This document shows, piece by piece, positions 52,186 through 64,000 of a DNA stretch of 64,000 bases. The stretch lies in NCBI GenBank assembly GCA_028534125.1, contig CM052816.1:59584001-59648000 (forward strand). Reading direction: 5' to 3'. Each line of letters opens with the position of its first letter. Within the stretch, counting starts at the first letter, position 1. The notes beneath the pieces are model-generated. The model saw only the letters and a program-made list of their open reading frames with translations. It searched no databases and was not told the origin of the DNA. The DNA is from Lama glama (taxonomy: Eukaryota). The position numbers and the translations under genes were made by a program.

Positions 52186-52324
52186 GGCTTGCAGTATTAT
52201 CTAATCACTCTCCCTGCCTCCTTTCTCTTATATGGCACACCCTTACCTCTGAAGACAATCTTTATAAAACATGAACCTTGATGACAGGACTCTCCTTTTT
52301 CAAAAAAATTTTAAAACATTCTTC

Positions 52325-52458
52325 TTTTTGTGTGTGTGTGGGGGGGAAGTAATTAGGTTTATTTATTTATTTTTTAATGGAGGTACTAGGGGTTGAATCC
52401 CAGACCTTGTGCATGCTAAGCACACGCTCTACTACTGAGCTTTATCCTCCCTCCCTCC
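52325..52458 (-). mobile_element. Vic-1-type camelid tRNA-derived SINE
   Basis: Minus strand reads GGGAGGATAAAGCTCAGTAGTAGAGCGTGTGCTTAGCATGCACAAGGTCTGGGATTCAACCCCTAGTACCTCCATT..AAACCTAATTAC, with A- and B-box-like motifs. Confidence 0.88.
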
Positions 52459-52528
52459 TCCTCAAACTTTTCAAACACTGCACATGGTTTCGGAGAAAGT
52501 TCTTGTTTTTCAATAAGCTATTCAAGGC

Positions 52529-52601
52529 ACTCTGCTGCACATCTGCAACTAACACATTATTGTAAATCAACTATCCTTCAATTAAAAAAATAAGAAAAAA
52601 G
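52529..52601 (+). mobile_element. About 70-bp L1 3' terminus with poly(A) and TSD
   Basis: 'aactaacacattattgtaaatcaactatccttcaattaaaaaaa' flanked by ATAAGCTATTCAAGGC and ATAAGCTACTCCAGGGC. Confidence 0.8.
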
Positions 52602-52639
52602 ATAAGCTACTCCAGGGCCTCTGTGATCTGGAAACAACT

Positions 52640-53035
52640 TACGTCTCCAGATTCACCTGCCAGAGCCTTGTGCCTTCCGAACCAGGACTGTGGTCAGCCT
52701 GGCAGATGCACTCTCTCTGCCGAGGACACCCCCCAACGTCCTTCTTCTCTTGGCAAACTCTTACTTGTTCTTCCAGACTCAGAATGAATGTCACTCCTTC
52801 TGGGAAGTCTTCTCAGACTAACTCTAAATCTGGGTTATTTACTTTGGCACATAATGGTACATAAATGCTTCCATCAACGTGTTTATACTGCATCAGATGA
52901 TGGGATTGTATGTTTGTGTTTTCGACTACTGCGTTCCCTATAATTACTTCTAGGTTAGGTTCTGTGCCTTGGCCATTTTTATATCCCCAGTGCCAGAGAG
53001 TGCGCTTGCCGCAAAATCAACACTTGATAAACATC
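52640..53035 (+). mobile_element. L2 fragment
   Basis: 'ctggcaaactctta..agactcagaatgaatgtcactccttctgggaagtcttctc..atatccccagtgcc'. Confidence 0.7.
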
Positions 53036-53212
53036 TGGGGATGTGAACACTGAAAAGGGACTGTGGAATTAGTGACACTTAAAAAATGTTTTTAATTAAA
53101 GGTTTATTTTGGCTTGTAAATCAATGTTATTTTAAAATTATGCTGATGATCATTCCAAGTTTCACCTATTAAGTACTACATGGTACACAGGCTATCTTCT
53201 CAAGTAATTAAG

Positions 53213-53940
53213 TTTTTTTATTGTGGTAAAACATACATAACATAAAATTCACCATTTACCCATTTTTAAGTATACAACTCAGTGACATTAAGTACAGTCA
53301 CAATCCTGCACAACCATCACCATCACTCGTTTCCAGAGTTTTTCTGTCATTCGAAACAGAAATGCTATAGCAGTTAACAATAACTCCCCATTCCCTCCTG
53401 CTCCTGGCCCCTGGCAACCTCTACCCTACTTTCTATCTCTATGAACTTGACTATTCTAGGTACCTCATATAAATGGAATTACACAATATTTGTTCTTTTG
53501 CATCTGGCTTATTCACTGAGAATAATGTTTTTAAGGTTCATGTATGTTATAACATGTATCAGAACTTCATTCCCTTTTAAGACTGAATTATAATCAGTTG
53601 TATGAATATACCAGATTTTGTTTCTCTGTTCATCTATTAATAGATATTTGGGTTGTTTCCACCTTCAGCTACTGTACTAGTGTGAAGATTGTTGTACAGG
53701 TATCTGCTTGAGTCCCCGCATTCAACGCTTTTGTATATATACCTAGGAATGGAATTGATGAATCATAAGGTAACTCTATGTTTAATTTTTTGAGGAACTG
53801 CCAAACTTTTCCACAGTGGCTACAACACTGACATTCCCCTCAGCAATGCACAAGGGTTCCCGTTTCTGCAAGTCCTCATCAACACTTGTTAACACTTGTT
53901 ATTTTCCATTTTTAGTAGTGGCCATTCTAATGGTGTGAGT
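53213..53940 (-). mobile_element. L1MA/MB-type 3' end
   Basis: 'ttattgtggtaaaacatacataacataaaattcaccatt..cctggcaacctctaccctactttct..ttttgaggaactgccaaact'. Confidence 0.93.
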
Positions 53941-54819
53941 CAATGACATTTTGATGGCATGAAAATGTAGATTTTTGCTATTTATATTTTCAATTTTGAG
54001 AATGAAATTTGAGCTAAATTGCTATGCTTAACTTGTGAAAAATTAGAAATTCACTATTATTTATAATACCCTGTCCCTAGCCCAGGCATCCTTTTGGAAA
54101 AAGTAAAGACATAATATAGAAGTAAAAAAAAAGTCAGAGGGAAAATGGTAACATTCTCATGACCTGTCATTCAGCTATTTTCTCTGCGTTAATAACCTTC
54201 ATGATGCAGTCCATAGGCGCTTCTGAAAACATATTTAATTTAAAAAGGTGTGAAGCAGGACCATTCTAGTAATAGTCTCCAGTGAAATTCATTCCATATT
54301 TTTGCATTAGTCTGAGCATTTTTATGATTTCAAGGACGGAAAAAAGCTTACAGAAAATCACACATATGCAAATACTGTGGATGTGAAGATATGCATAGAA
54401 AATGCTGCTTCTTTTTATAAATCTTTTTTACAGCACATTAAGGCAAAACCAATGTTATTGCAATATTAAAGTTCACAATTTCAGCAATCTATTAAGGCCT
54501 CTAGAGGAACATTAGTTACAGCAGGAAACTCCAGCCCTTTAGAGAAGTTGCCAGAAGAGAAAGGTTTCTCTCTCTCTCTCTCAGACTTAACTGAGGGAAG
54601 CATTTAATAGGAGGAATTTTATAAAGTGACCATAGTACTCTTTGAAGGCAATCAAATATTCAGAATCGATTGACTTATAGGAACTTGGCCTTAGTATCCT
54701 AAAATGAGCCATTGGGAGACAGCAGTATTACTGGAAAAAGAAGTAGGAAGATGATCACCCCTGACATTATATGCTGGTGCCACATAAGTATGATCTGCAG
54801 TTATAAAATTTTGAGACCT

Positions 54820-55150
54820 TTACCATATGGTGATCTAACAAAATCCTTCTTATTCTAACCCTGTGAATTAGGCATTGCTGAGATGATCACCTCTATTTGT
54901 GGGAAGCAGAGCCTGAGGCTGAGAGTTGTATCTTCCCCTAGTTCCCAGAGACAGTCACCAGATGAGACAGGCAGTGTGTGTAGAAGAAGATGCATGGGAT
55001 CTGGAGAGAGTCAAGCTCAAATCCCTGCTCTGGCACTCTACAGTTGTTTCCTTAGAAACACTCCTTAAGTTGTGTAAGTCTCAGTTTCATCTTCTATAAA
55101 ATGAGATGAATAACATCTATCTTACAGCATGGTTTTGAGAATAAATACTT
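54820..55150. mobile_element. Two MIR fragments in opposite orientations
   Basis: Antisense 'gagcctgaggctgagag' followed by sense 'ctcagtttcatcttctataaaatgag'. Confidence 0.65.
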
Positions 55151-55164
55151 AATAAGGGGAGTTA

Positions 55165-55335
55165 TTCTGTTACATTTCTCCCAGCCACGCCCACATCAGA
55201 CATGACTAATTGATGACAGCACAATTTCCCATGAAGTGCAGAGCAACCTCAGAATCCTTCTCAAGCTAGCACTGTGGGCAGTTATACCAACTGAACAGGG
55301 TAGACAGTAGAGCTGGGACTTATATGTCATCCTAG
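55165..55335. mobile_element. hAT MITE (MER117-like)
   Basis: 'cagacatgactaattgatgacagcac..cctcagaatccttctcaa..gtcatccta'. Confidence 0.55.
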
Positions 55336-55693
55336 GTCTCAGAGCTGCATTCACTGCTGCTTTGTTGGCCCTCTCATCTGTCCCTCAGGAACATTCTTTA
55401 CCAGCTTACATAAAGGTCCAAGACATTTTGTAGCAGGGTCCATTTGCTCAGAACCATCTCCTTCTTCCACCCTCTACTGATACTAAGCTAATCTATTTCC
55501 ACTCGCCTATGACATGCTCTCTGAATCTGCAAAAGGCAAACAGAGGAGGAGAAGTTAAATAGTTAAATGAGCGAGGAGCATGAGATAGGGAAAAAAATGT
55601 CCAGACCAACTTTTAACAATTCAGTCTTTGTTATTTTTTTTTCTAATTTTCTGTTGACATCTGTCATTTGAGGAGATTTGTCCAGTAACAGTA

Positions 55694-58033
55694 CAGGACT
55701 CCTCATTTTATTGCACTTTGCAGACAACTGTGTATGTGTGGGTTTTTTAAACAAAAATTGAAGGTTTGTGGCAACCCTATGTTGAGCAGGTCTATTGGTA
55801 CCATTTTTCCAACAGCACTTGCTCATTTTGTGTTTCTGTGTCAGATTTTGGTAATTTTTGCAACATTTTGAACTTTTTCATTATTATTTTGGTTGTTATG
55901 GTGATTTGTGATCAGTGATCGCTGATAATATTTTAATTGTTTGGGGGTATCACAGACCACACCCATATTAAGTCAGACAACTTAATAAATGTTGTGTGTG
56001 CTCTGACTGCTCCACCAACTGGCTGAGACAACAATTTTGGTCAAGTCAGTAAACTTGAAATTAGGCCAGTTAATAACCTTACAGTAGCCTCTCTCTGTTC
56101 AAGTGAAAGGAGGGTCACATGCTTTTCACTTTAAATCAAAAGATAGAAATGACTAAGCTTAGTGGGGAAGGCATGTTGAAAGCTCAGACAGGCCAAAGCT
56201 AGGTCTCTTCCACCGAACAGTTAATGAAGTTGTGACTGCAAAGGAAAAATTCTTGAAGGGAATTAAAAGTGCTACTCCAGTGCATACATGAAAGATAAGA
56301 AAATGAAATAGCCTTATTGCTTTTATGGGGAAAGTTTTAGCAGTCTGGATGGAAGATCAGTCTGGATGGAAGATAGCCACAGTATTTCCTTAAGCCAAAG
56401 CCTAATTCAGAACAAAGCCCTAATTCTCCTCAGTTCTAAGAAGGCTGAGAGGGGTGAGAAAGCTGCAGAAGAAAAACTTCAAGCTAGCAAGGTGAAGTAG
56501 CAAGTGCTGATGTAGAAGCTGCAGCAAGTTACCTAGAAGCTCTAGCTAAGATAATTCACGAAGGTGGCTACACTACACAACAGATTTTCAATGTAGATAA
56601 AACAGTTTTCTATTGGAAGAAGATGCCATCTAGGACTTTAATAGCTAAAGAGGAGAAGTCAATGCCTGGCTTCAATGCTTCAAAAAACAGGCTGACTGTC
56701 TTGTTAGGAGCTAATGCAGCTGGTGACTTTAAGTTAAAGCCAATGCTCACCATTCGGAAAATCCTAGGGTCCTTAAGAACTATGCTAAATCTACTCTGCC
56801 TGTGCTCTATAAATGGAACAATAAAGCCTGGATGACAGCACATCTGTTGACAACATGGTTTACTGACTATTTTAAGCCCACTGTTGAGACCTACTCCTCA
56901 GTAAAAAAGATTCCTTTCAAATTATGACTGCTAGTTGACAATGCACCTAGTGGCCCAAGGGCTCTGATGGAAATGTACAATAAAAGTAATGTTCTTTTCA
57001 TCCTGCTAATGCAACATCCATTCTGCAGCCCATAGATCAAGGAGTAATTTTGACTTTTACATCTTATTAGTAAAGAAATACATTTTGTCAAGCTATAGCT
57101 GCCATAGATAGTGATTCTTCTGATGGATCTGAGCAATGTCAATTGAAAACCTTCTGGAAAGGATTCACCATTCTAGATGCCATTAAGAACAACTGTGACT
57201 TATGGGAAGAGATCAAAACATCAACAGTAACAGGAGTTTGAAAGGAGTTCATTTCAACTCTCATGGTTGACTTTAATGGGTTCAAGTCTTCAGTGGAGGA
57301 AATCACTGCAGATGTGGTGGAAATTTCAAGAGAACTAGAATTAGAAAGGGAGCCTGAAGATGTGACTGCACTGCTGTGATCTCGCGATAAAACCGGAATG
57401 GATGAAGACCTGCTCCTTATGGATGAGCAAAAAAAGTGGTTTCCTGAGATGGAAACTACTCCTGGTGAAGATGTTGCAAAGACTACTGAAATGAAAACTA
57501 AAGATTTAAAATATTATATAAACTTAGTTGATAAAGCAGTGTCAGGGCTTGAGAGAATTGATTCCAATTATGAAAGAAGTTCTACTGTGGGTAAAATGCT
57601 ATCAAACAGCACTGCATGCTACCGAGAATTCATCTATGAAAGGAACAGTCAATCAATGAGGCAAACTTCACTGTTGTCTATTTTAAGATATTGCCACAGC
57701 CACCCCAACCATCAGCAATGACCACCCTGATCAGTCAGCAGCCATCAGCGTCGAGACAAGACCCTCCACCGGAAAAATAATTATGACTGGCTGGCTGAAG
57801 GCTCAGATTGTGGTCAGCATTTTTTAGCAATAAAGTCTTTTTTAAAAAATTAAAGTATATGCATGTTTTTTTAGACACAAGGCTATTGAATACCTAACAG
57901 ACTACAGTATGGTGTAAACGTAACTTTTACACGCACTGGGAAACAAAACAGTTCATGTGTCTTGCTGTATTGAAATATTTGCTTTATTGCAGTGGTCTGA
58001 AATCAAACATGCATTACCTCTGAGGTATGCTTG
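55694..58033 (+). mobile_element. Near full-length decayed Tigger1 (TcMar) DNA transposon
   Basis: TA on both flanks (55692-55693, 58034-58035); degenerate TIRs caggactcctc and gaggtatgcttg; transposase peptide [42 protein letters not shown]; frameshifts and stops. Confidence 0.96.
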
Positions 58034-60237
58034 TATTCACTGAAACAGTCAAATGCCTCAGTCGAAAGGTTAGCCGTTATACAAGTGTTTGTAGAAAGAA
58101 AAATAGAGGCACTGCTGTGTTCAAGGTAACCCAGTGAGACATAAATGAAAGTGACAGATGGCTTGAGTTTCACACCCTTGATCAATCTGAGGTTATAAAA
58201 ATGGATTCTTGCATTTTAACCTCTATAATAATTTTTTAACGTTGTCAACTCTTCTTGTATCCTTTAATCTCATTATCAAAAGATGTACCTTCTAAAAAAA
58301 TATTTCAGGACTGAAGTTTCATTTTTCCCTGAGTTACACTTGGAAGAAAACACGAGTTCTTATTTGCCCTAATAGTAAACAGAGGAAATATTATCCCCTC
58401 AATCTCCTGGGCTCAGACGTGGCTGCAAGGATTTCACTTAAGCTATGAAATGAAACAAAAACAGCTCTCCCATTAGGTTTACCAGGTATTTGTTGCAACT
58501 GGCTTAAAATAAGCTTCCTTTGTAATTCTTCCTGACTTAGGACCAGTGTTGAGATGGTGAAGAGTTTTCTTATTTAACTCTCACACAGTGCTTGGTCATC
58601 TTCATCTTCAACCTTACAACCCTGCTTTGTGTCTCACACTGTCTCCTGGATTCGTTTGTCATCAAGACTTGTCCTGGGCCACATTTCCTCCAGTGACTCC
58701 CATGTAAAATAGGTGGAAAATGAATAGAATATTGTCTCAAAGTCTAGACATAATTAATCAGGTCTACTTGCTAATACCTATATGTTGAGGTATGGAGCAG
58801 TGGAGACAGAGTGCACTATATTGTAAGCCCTCAATAAATGGCTCTAGACGTGTGTTGCCTGGGCTAGTACTGAGGCCAACATACTTCATTTGAAGGTCTC
58901 AGTGGATTCGTGTTAATGGAAGACCCTGAGGAGGCCCTCACAGTCCTGAGACCACCCACTGGGCTCCAAAACTCAGTCTAAGCAGTTCTTTTTGATGACC
59001 ATTTGGCTCTTGCTCTACAAAGAACAAATCACTCCGGGGATAAGTAGGATGTTTTAAAAGCCTCATTTTTGTTTAAGTGTCTTCGTGAGTTGAAGGAACA
59101 TTTAAAAATAAAAACAGACATTTGTTTCTCAACAGTCACAGTTCAAAATGGCATGCACAAGTCTCCCTGCAGTCATTTTTAAACTTAGAAAGCTTTTCAT
59201 GTTGCCTTTTAAACAGAAAAGCAATTTGAAAATGAAATAAAGCATTGAGCATTCCAAAATAGTGACCCTGAGTGTTGGTGCCCTGGAGACCCAACAAATA
59301 ACCTTGGTCCACAGGACTGAGGAGTCAGAGTCTGTGAACATGGCTGATGTTAAAAGACCCACTTTGCAGATGCGTATCCATTCTAGTTCTCACTGGGGTG
59401 GACTCTGGAGGCAACGAGGAAAGACAGATTTATCTTCGGCATTTACTGCGCTGTGGCAGAGTGGAAAAGAGCTTGGGCTTCGGAGGCAGAGTGATCTGGA
59501 TTTTCATTCTAGCTCCACCAATAATTAGTGGAGGGACCTTGTACACTTATTTTAACCTCCTGAATCTCAATATCCAGAAAGCTAAGAATTATCTGCGATA
59601 TTAGGAATTAGGAATTAATTAGCTAGCTAGGAATTAATTAAATAATCCAGAAAGAATTATGATACCTACTTTGTGCTCAATAAGATACAGAGCATGGAAC
59701 AGTGGCAGCAGACCACACTGGTACACAGTGGATGGTACACAGTGGATGCTCAGCCTTTCCTCTGCCTTCCCCCTGCCCGCCTCTCCAGTTACTGAGACCT
59801 CCACTCATGGCAGTCCGGGCCTTACTTACCTGTATCTTAGGGTAGCATTCCTCATTAAAATGTACCTGCCCTGTGCTTTAATTGTATCCTCAGATCCCTT
59901 TCTCTGCCAGGTAGGCTGACCACTGTGATATCCTTACATATAATTCATGGATGGTCCAAACGTGTGCCAATGGGTTAGCCCCTTACTCCTCCCAACTAAG
60001 TCTAATATTTTAACTATAACCTTCAGAAAAATACTGTCTGAATCCAAAGGAATGCTTATATCGGGGGGACATGCAGGCAAAGCAGAGTTAGTTTACAAAT
60101 CTGTGTGTATGCGTATATGGGGTCACTTTTCAACGTGCACCCTTCAGAGCACACACACAAGTGCCTCCCTGCTGCTTCAACACACAGGGCCAAGCCTTGG
60201 TGCTGGGGCTCTGATAGTGATGGTGACCTAACAGTAG

Positions 60238-60362
60238 ATTTTTTTAAAAAACATCTTTATTGTGGTATGGTTCCTGTACAGTAAACTACACATATTTCAA
60301 ATGTAAAATTTGATGAGTTTTGATAGATTTGTACATCCATGAAACTACCATCACGATCAAGA
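60238..60362 (-). mobile_element. L1M 3'-end fragment
   Basis: 'ctttattgtggtatg..aatgtaaaatttgatgagttttga..tacatccatgaaactaccatcacgatcaaga'. Confidence 0.75.
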
Positions 60363-60949
60363 TTTGATGAGACTACTGACCAAGTGTTTGCAATGCATAT
60401 TCTGGAGGTCTCTCTGGCCCTAGAACTCTGCTTACCCTGTACTCTTGAAGTTAGAATACTTCGGTCTCACCCAGAGATTCGCTCCACCCGGGACCCAGGA
60501 ACATTCTGGATTTCTACCTGGGCCAGTGGAGGACACTTCACCTGGGGAGCTCTCAGGCCTGCACGCACCTGGCCCAGCAGCTGGCCCTGTTCTGCCTGAC
60601 GACGTCTGCCGGTGCTCGCCTCCTCCTTTGTTCTGTCCCCAAGCTCTGCCCTGCCTCTCACTTCCAGCTCCTGAGTTCCTGTTCGGCAGCTCCATGATGA
60701 ACTCAGATCCTCCCTGCTTGATGTGCCAGCTCCTCCAAAGCTATCATCGCACTTCCCTTCCTTCCCATCCAGGGTCCAGCAGTCCCCGCTCCCTGTTCTC
60801 TCAGGGCGTATGGTTCTGCCCCTGACTTTCACAGAGCACACCTGGCTTGGGGATTCGTTGAGTCACTAGTGTCAGCGAGACCATGGGCCCGGCAGACACA
60901 AATATGTAGCACGTTGCTGCAGCAGAAAAATGTACCTTGAAGACGAAAG

Positions 60950-61170
60950 GTAGCTAATGGTGAAAAGCATGAGCATTGATATCAGACAGACCTGGGGCTG
61001 AACCAAGCACAGCTCTACTAGTCACAGTGATTTACTTGCCTTTCCCCTGCTCTGGTTTCCTCATCTCAAAAACTGGACCAACAATATTTTCCTCAGAGTT
61101 GCTGCAAGGATAAAATCACAAAATGAACTATAAAATAATTAGCACAATGCCAGACACAGTAAATGCTCAA
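60950..61170 (+). mobile_element. MIR SINE
   Basis: 'aatggtgaaaagcatgagc..tcagacagacctggg..gtttcctcatctcaaaa..agtaaatgctcaa'. Confidence 0.8.
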
Positions 61171-61651
61171 GAAAATCAAATATTTTCTAAGTCTAATTAT
61201 GCTGATTATTTAATAATAGGCATGCATGAACACAAATGAACTGACTTCTGCCTGTGGACCACAACTCATCCAAAAATTGAGAAGGCCAAGGTAACACAGG
61301 TCATGTTCTAAAGTAACCGTCATCTCTGAAGTTTGAGAGGAAAATTGGGAACTCAGTTGACATGCAGGTTCCCTAGTGATCACACCAACAGGCACCTGCA
61401 GTACCTGTAAGGAGGCTGCCTCCTAGCCAGGGAAGATGTTTCCTTAAAAATGGAGAGGCAGCAAGACCAGAGCCGGGGATAAAGGGTTTGGTTTGAGATG
61501 AACCCAAAACACAGAAAGAGGAAGAATGGAACTTGGAGATATTTAAAACTGACTGTCAAACATTTTAGTTTCCAGATGTATTTTGGAAGATGGCATCTTA
61601 AATCGTCCAGAATTTAAGTCATTAGGCACTTCTAATCTCAGACATAAAAAC

Positions 61652-62234
61652 TGTAGATTTTACACATGGATTATTCATCATGTTTTTAATTTTCTATATT
61701 TTATGATACTTGGCTCTCTTGGGGCCTTGCAGACCTGGGGAAGGACTCCCCCTCTCAGGGTTAGCTAACAACTTGCCCATGGGCATGCCTTTCAGATGCA
61801 AACCAACTAATCCTGAACTCCCACCCTCACCTGCTTCCTCTTACACCAGGCCCTGCTGCTGAGAATACTATCCCTCTGCTCTAAATCACTCCTGGGTGGG
61901 GTACCAGACAGCTGGAGACTGCCACCCCTCTCCAGTATCCCAGAGCCTGCTGCAATTATTTAAACTACCCACTCCTAAGCCTGCTCAGCTGCTCACTCTG
62001 CCTGGCTTCCTGCAACCACCACAATAAAGCTAGGTGTCTGTCCTTCTCCCTCCCTCCTCTGCCTCCTGACCAACCCTGGTGCTTCTTCCCCAGGTGGCCG
62101 TGTGTGGTGTGTGCCACCCTTTCCTTTTGAGAATTGTGAGTGACAAACTCTATCTTTTCAATGGCAACTGTCTCCTGATCTGTTGACCTCACCAAATCTG
62201 AGTAACAACAAAATCCCAGGTACATTTTTGAACA
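61652..62234 (+). mobile_element. MER74-like ERVL solo LTR
   Basis: 'cttggggccttgcagacctgggga..cctttcagatgcaaaccaactaatcc..ccacaataaag..ttttcaatggcaactgtctcctgatctgttg..tttttgaaca'. Confidence 0.85.
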
Positions 62235-62949
62235 ATCCAAAGCAAGAGAAATGTGTATTCAGAAGTCTCCAGTTTCTGGCAGGATCACCTTGAGCACTTG
62301 TATCTCAACCACTGAGAGCCTCAGTCTCCTCCAAAAAACTGAAATAGTAGAGCCATGGGGAGGATTCATACACATGAAAGCACCCATCACTGTTAATTTA
62401 ACTGTTCAGTTAACTGTTAACCAAAGTTTGTCCCAGCATTTGTTCACTCACCTGGTCATTCACTGCTATCCACCTGTAACCTACAAACACTATTCTATTA
62501 TCACCTTGTTTGTGCTGGTTAATTCTGAGTAAATTAGTAAATTCTGATATCTTTCCAAATGCCTATAACTGCTAAGCACTGCCATAAAATCTCACTCTCT
62601 TTTTCACCGTGTGTGACCATACAGGGTCCCCTCTCCTTGTGTCGCTTGCTTGATTTCTGCCACAGCTGCTCGAAGGTCATGTCACTTTCAAAAAGGCCAG
62701 TCCCCCCAGGTCTGCTGACATCTATCAACTTTTTCAGGCAATTTTGTCTGCAAAAGAGGAGTCAAAAACCTTCTGCCAGGTAGCAAAAGAAATCACACTT
62801 CTGGCAGATAATTAGTCAAATAAACATCCGAAAGCTGCAGATCATTTGTACTGCATTACAGACTTTGTGCATGTTTTACCGCCTACAGGCTTCTAATTAG
62901 GGAAGAGGGGCTGATAAATGCTAAAACAGAGAGAGATTTTTTGAAATCA

Positions 62950-63106
62950 GAGAGCTGATGCCCTGGCCACTGGCGGGACAGAACTCTCCACGAAGATCAA
63001 CGGAAAGAAGGAAAATGAGCAGAAAAACTGAGGGTTGCCGAGCTTCCGGGCGGGGCCAAGTCTGTGACAGATGGCAAACGGGGCAATCTCAAGGGAGACG
63101 GTGAGT
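62950..63106 (+). promoter_or_regulatory. Promoter/first-exon-like patch with ETS site, GC box and splice donor
   Basis: CTTCCGGGCGGGGC at about 63043-63056, local CpG excess, ACG|GTGAGT after 63100. Confidence 0.35.
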
Positions 63107-63449
63107 CCTGCATTTTTCCTTGTATTCCTGAGGCACGGGACTAAGGAGAAAACGGAGAACTTGCCAAGAATTGTGTAAAAGGAACTGGCACCAACCACAG
63201 GATGGGGTCAGAGGAGACACTGGCCACAGAGAGCCCAAACCTGCTCGCTGACTCAGAAGTCCTGTCCATGATGAGGTCTCTCTTTTTTACATATGTGGAC
63301 AATTCCACCGCATTTGTGTCATGGTCATTTGAAATATTTTTCAAAAATTTGGTAAACTCTGAAGAGCTATATAAAAGAGGTTATAATCGATTACAGAATT
63401 ATTGTGCTTCTGCCTCCTGCTTGAAAGAATAAGCATGAATGTTTAAGAG

Positions 63450-64000
63450 CAAAACAACCCAATTCAAAAATGGGCAGAGGACCTAAATAAGCAATTCTCC
63501 AATGAAGACACAGAAATGGCCAATAGGCACATAAAAAAATACACAATATCACTAATTACCAGAAAAATGCAAATCAAAACTACAATGAGGTAGCACCTCA
63601 CACCAGTCAGAATGGCCATCATTCAAAAGTCCATAAATGATAAATGCTGGAGAGGCTGTGGAGAAAAAGGAATCCTCCTACACTGCTGGTGGGAATGTAG
63701 TTTTGTGCAGCCATTATGGAAATTCATAAAAAAAAATAAAAATAGAATTACCATATGATCCAACAATCCCACTTCTGGGTATATATCTGGAGGGAACACT
63801 AATTTGAAAAGATACATGCATCCTAATGTTCACAGCAGCACTATATACAATAGCCAAGACATGGAAATAACCTAAATGTCCATTGACAGATGACTGGATA
63901 AAGAAGTTGTCACATATTTACACAGTAGAATACTACTCAGCCATAAAAAGGACTAAAATAATGCCATTTGCAGCAACATGGATGGACCTAGAGATTGTCA
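63450..64000 (+). mobile_element. L1 ORF2 3' region, running off the window
   Basis: 'caacccaattcaaaaatgggcagaggacctaaat..cacctcacaccagtcagaatggccatcatt..atgccatttgcagcaacatggatggacctagag'. Confidence 0.96.

Noticed and set aside
52381..52455. tRNA gene
   Set aside because: The tRNA-like head belongs to a SINE with an AT-rich tail and degenerate A and B boxes
56623..57721. Transposase ORFs as a domesticated TIGD gene
   Set aside because: Fragmented by frameshifts and stops, with TIRs retained; a neutral fossil

Overview
Mammalian genomic DNA, most likely from a camelid: there is a Vic-1-type tRNA-derived SINE at about 52.3-52.5 kb and several cetartiodactyl-type L1 3' ends. Two gaps of exactly 500 N interrupt the scaffold. 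The window is intronic or intergenic and rich in repeats: many L1 fragments (including a 4.8-kb 5'-intact, 3'-deleted copy), L2, MIR, ERV1/ERVL/MaLR solo LTRs (MER41-, MER74-, LTR16-, LTR40- and MLT1-like), hAT MITEs (MER113, MER53, MER33) and a near full-length decayed Tigger1. I could not recognise any host protein-coding exon, RNA gene, endogenous non-retroviral virus or NUMT. The only recognisable peptides in the ORF track come from L1 ORF1/ORF2 and the Tigger1 transposase. I see no support for a new biological system. The best leads are a MER41-like solo LTR with a STAT1 GAS site, two promoter-like ETS/GC-box patches with nearby splice signals, an unexplained 187-bp duplication-flanked insert inside an old L1, and a tandem-monomer L1 5'UTR. 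Repeat family names come from my memory of consensus sequences, and most boundaries are approximate.
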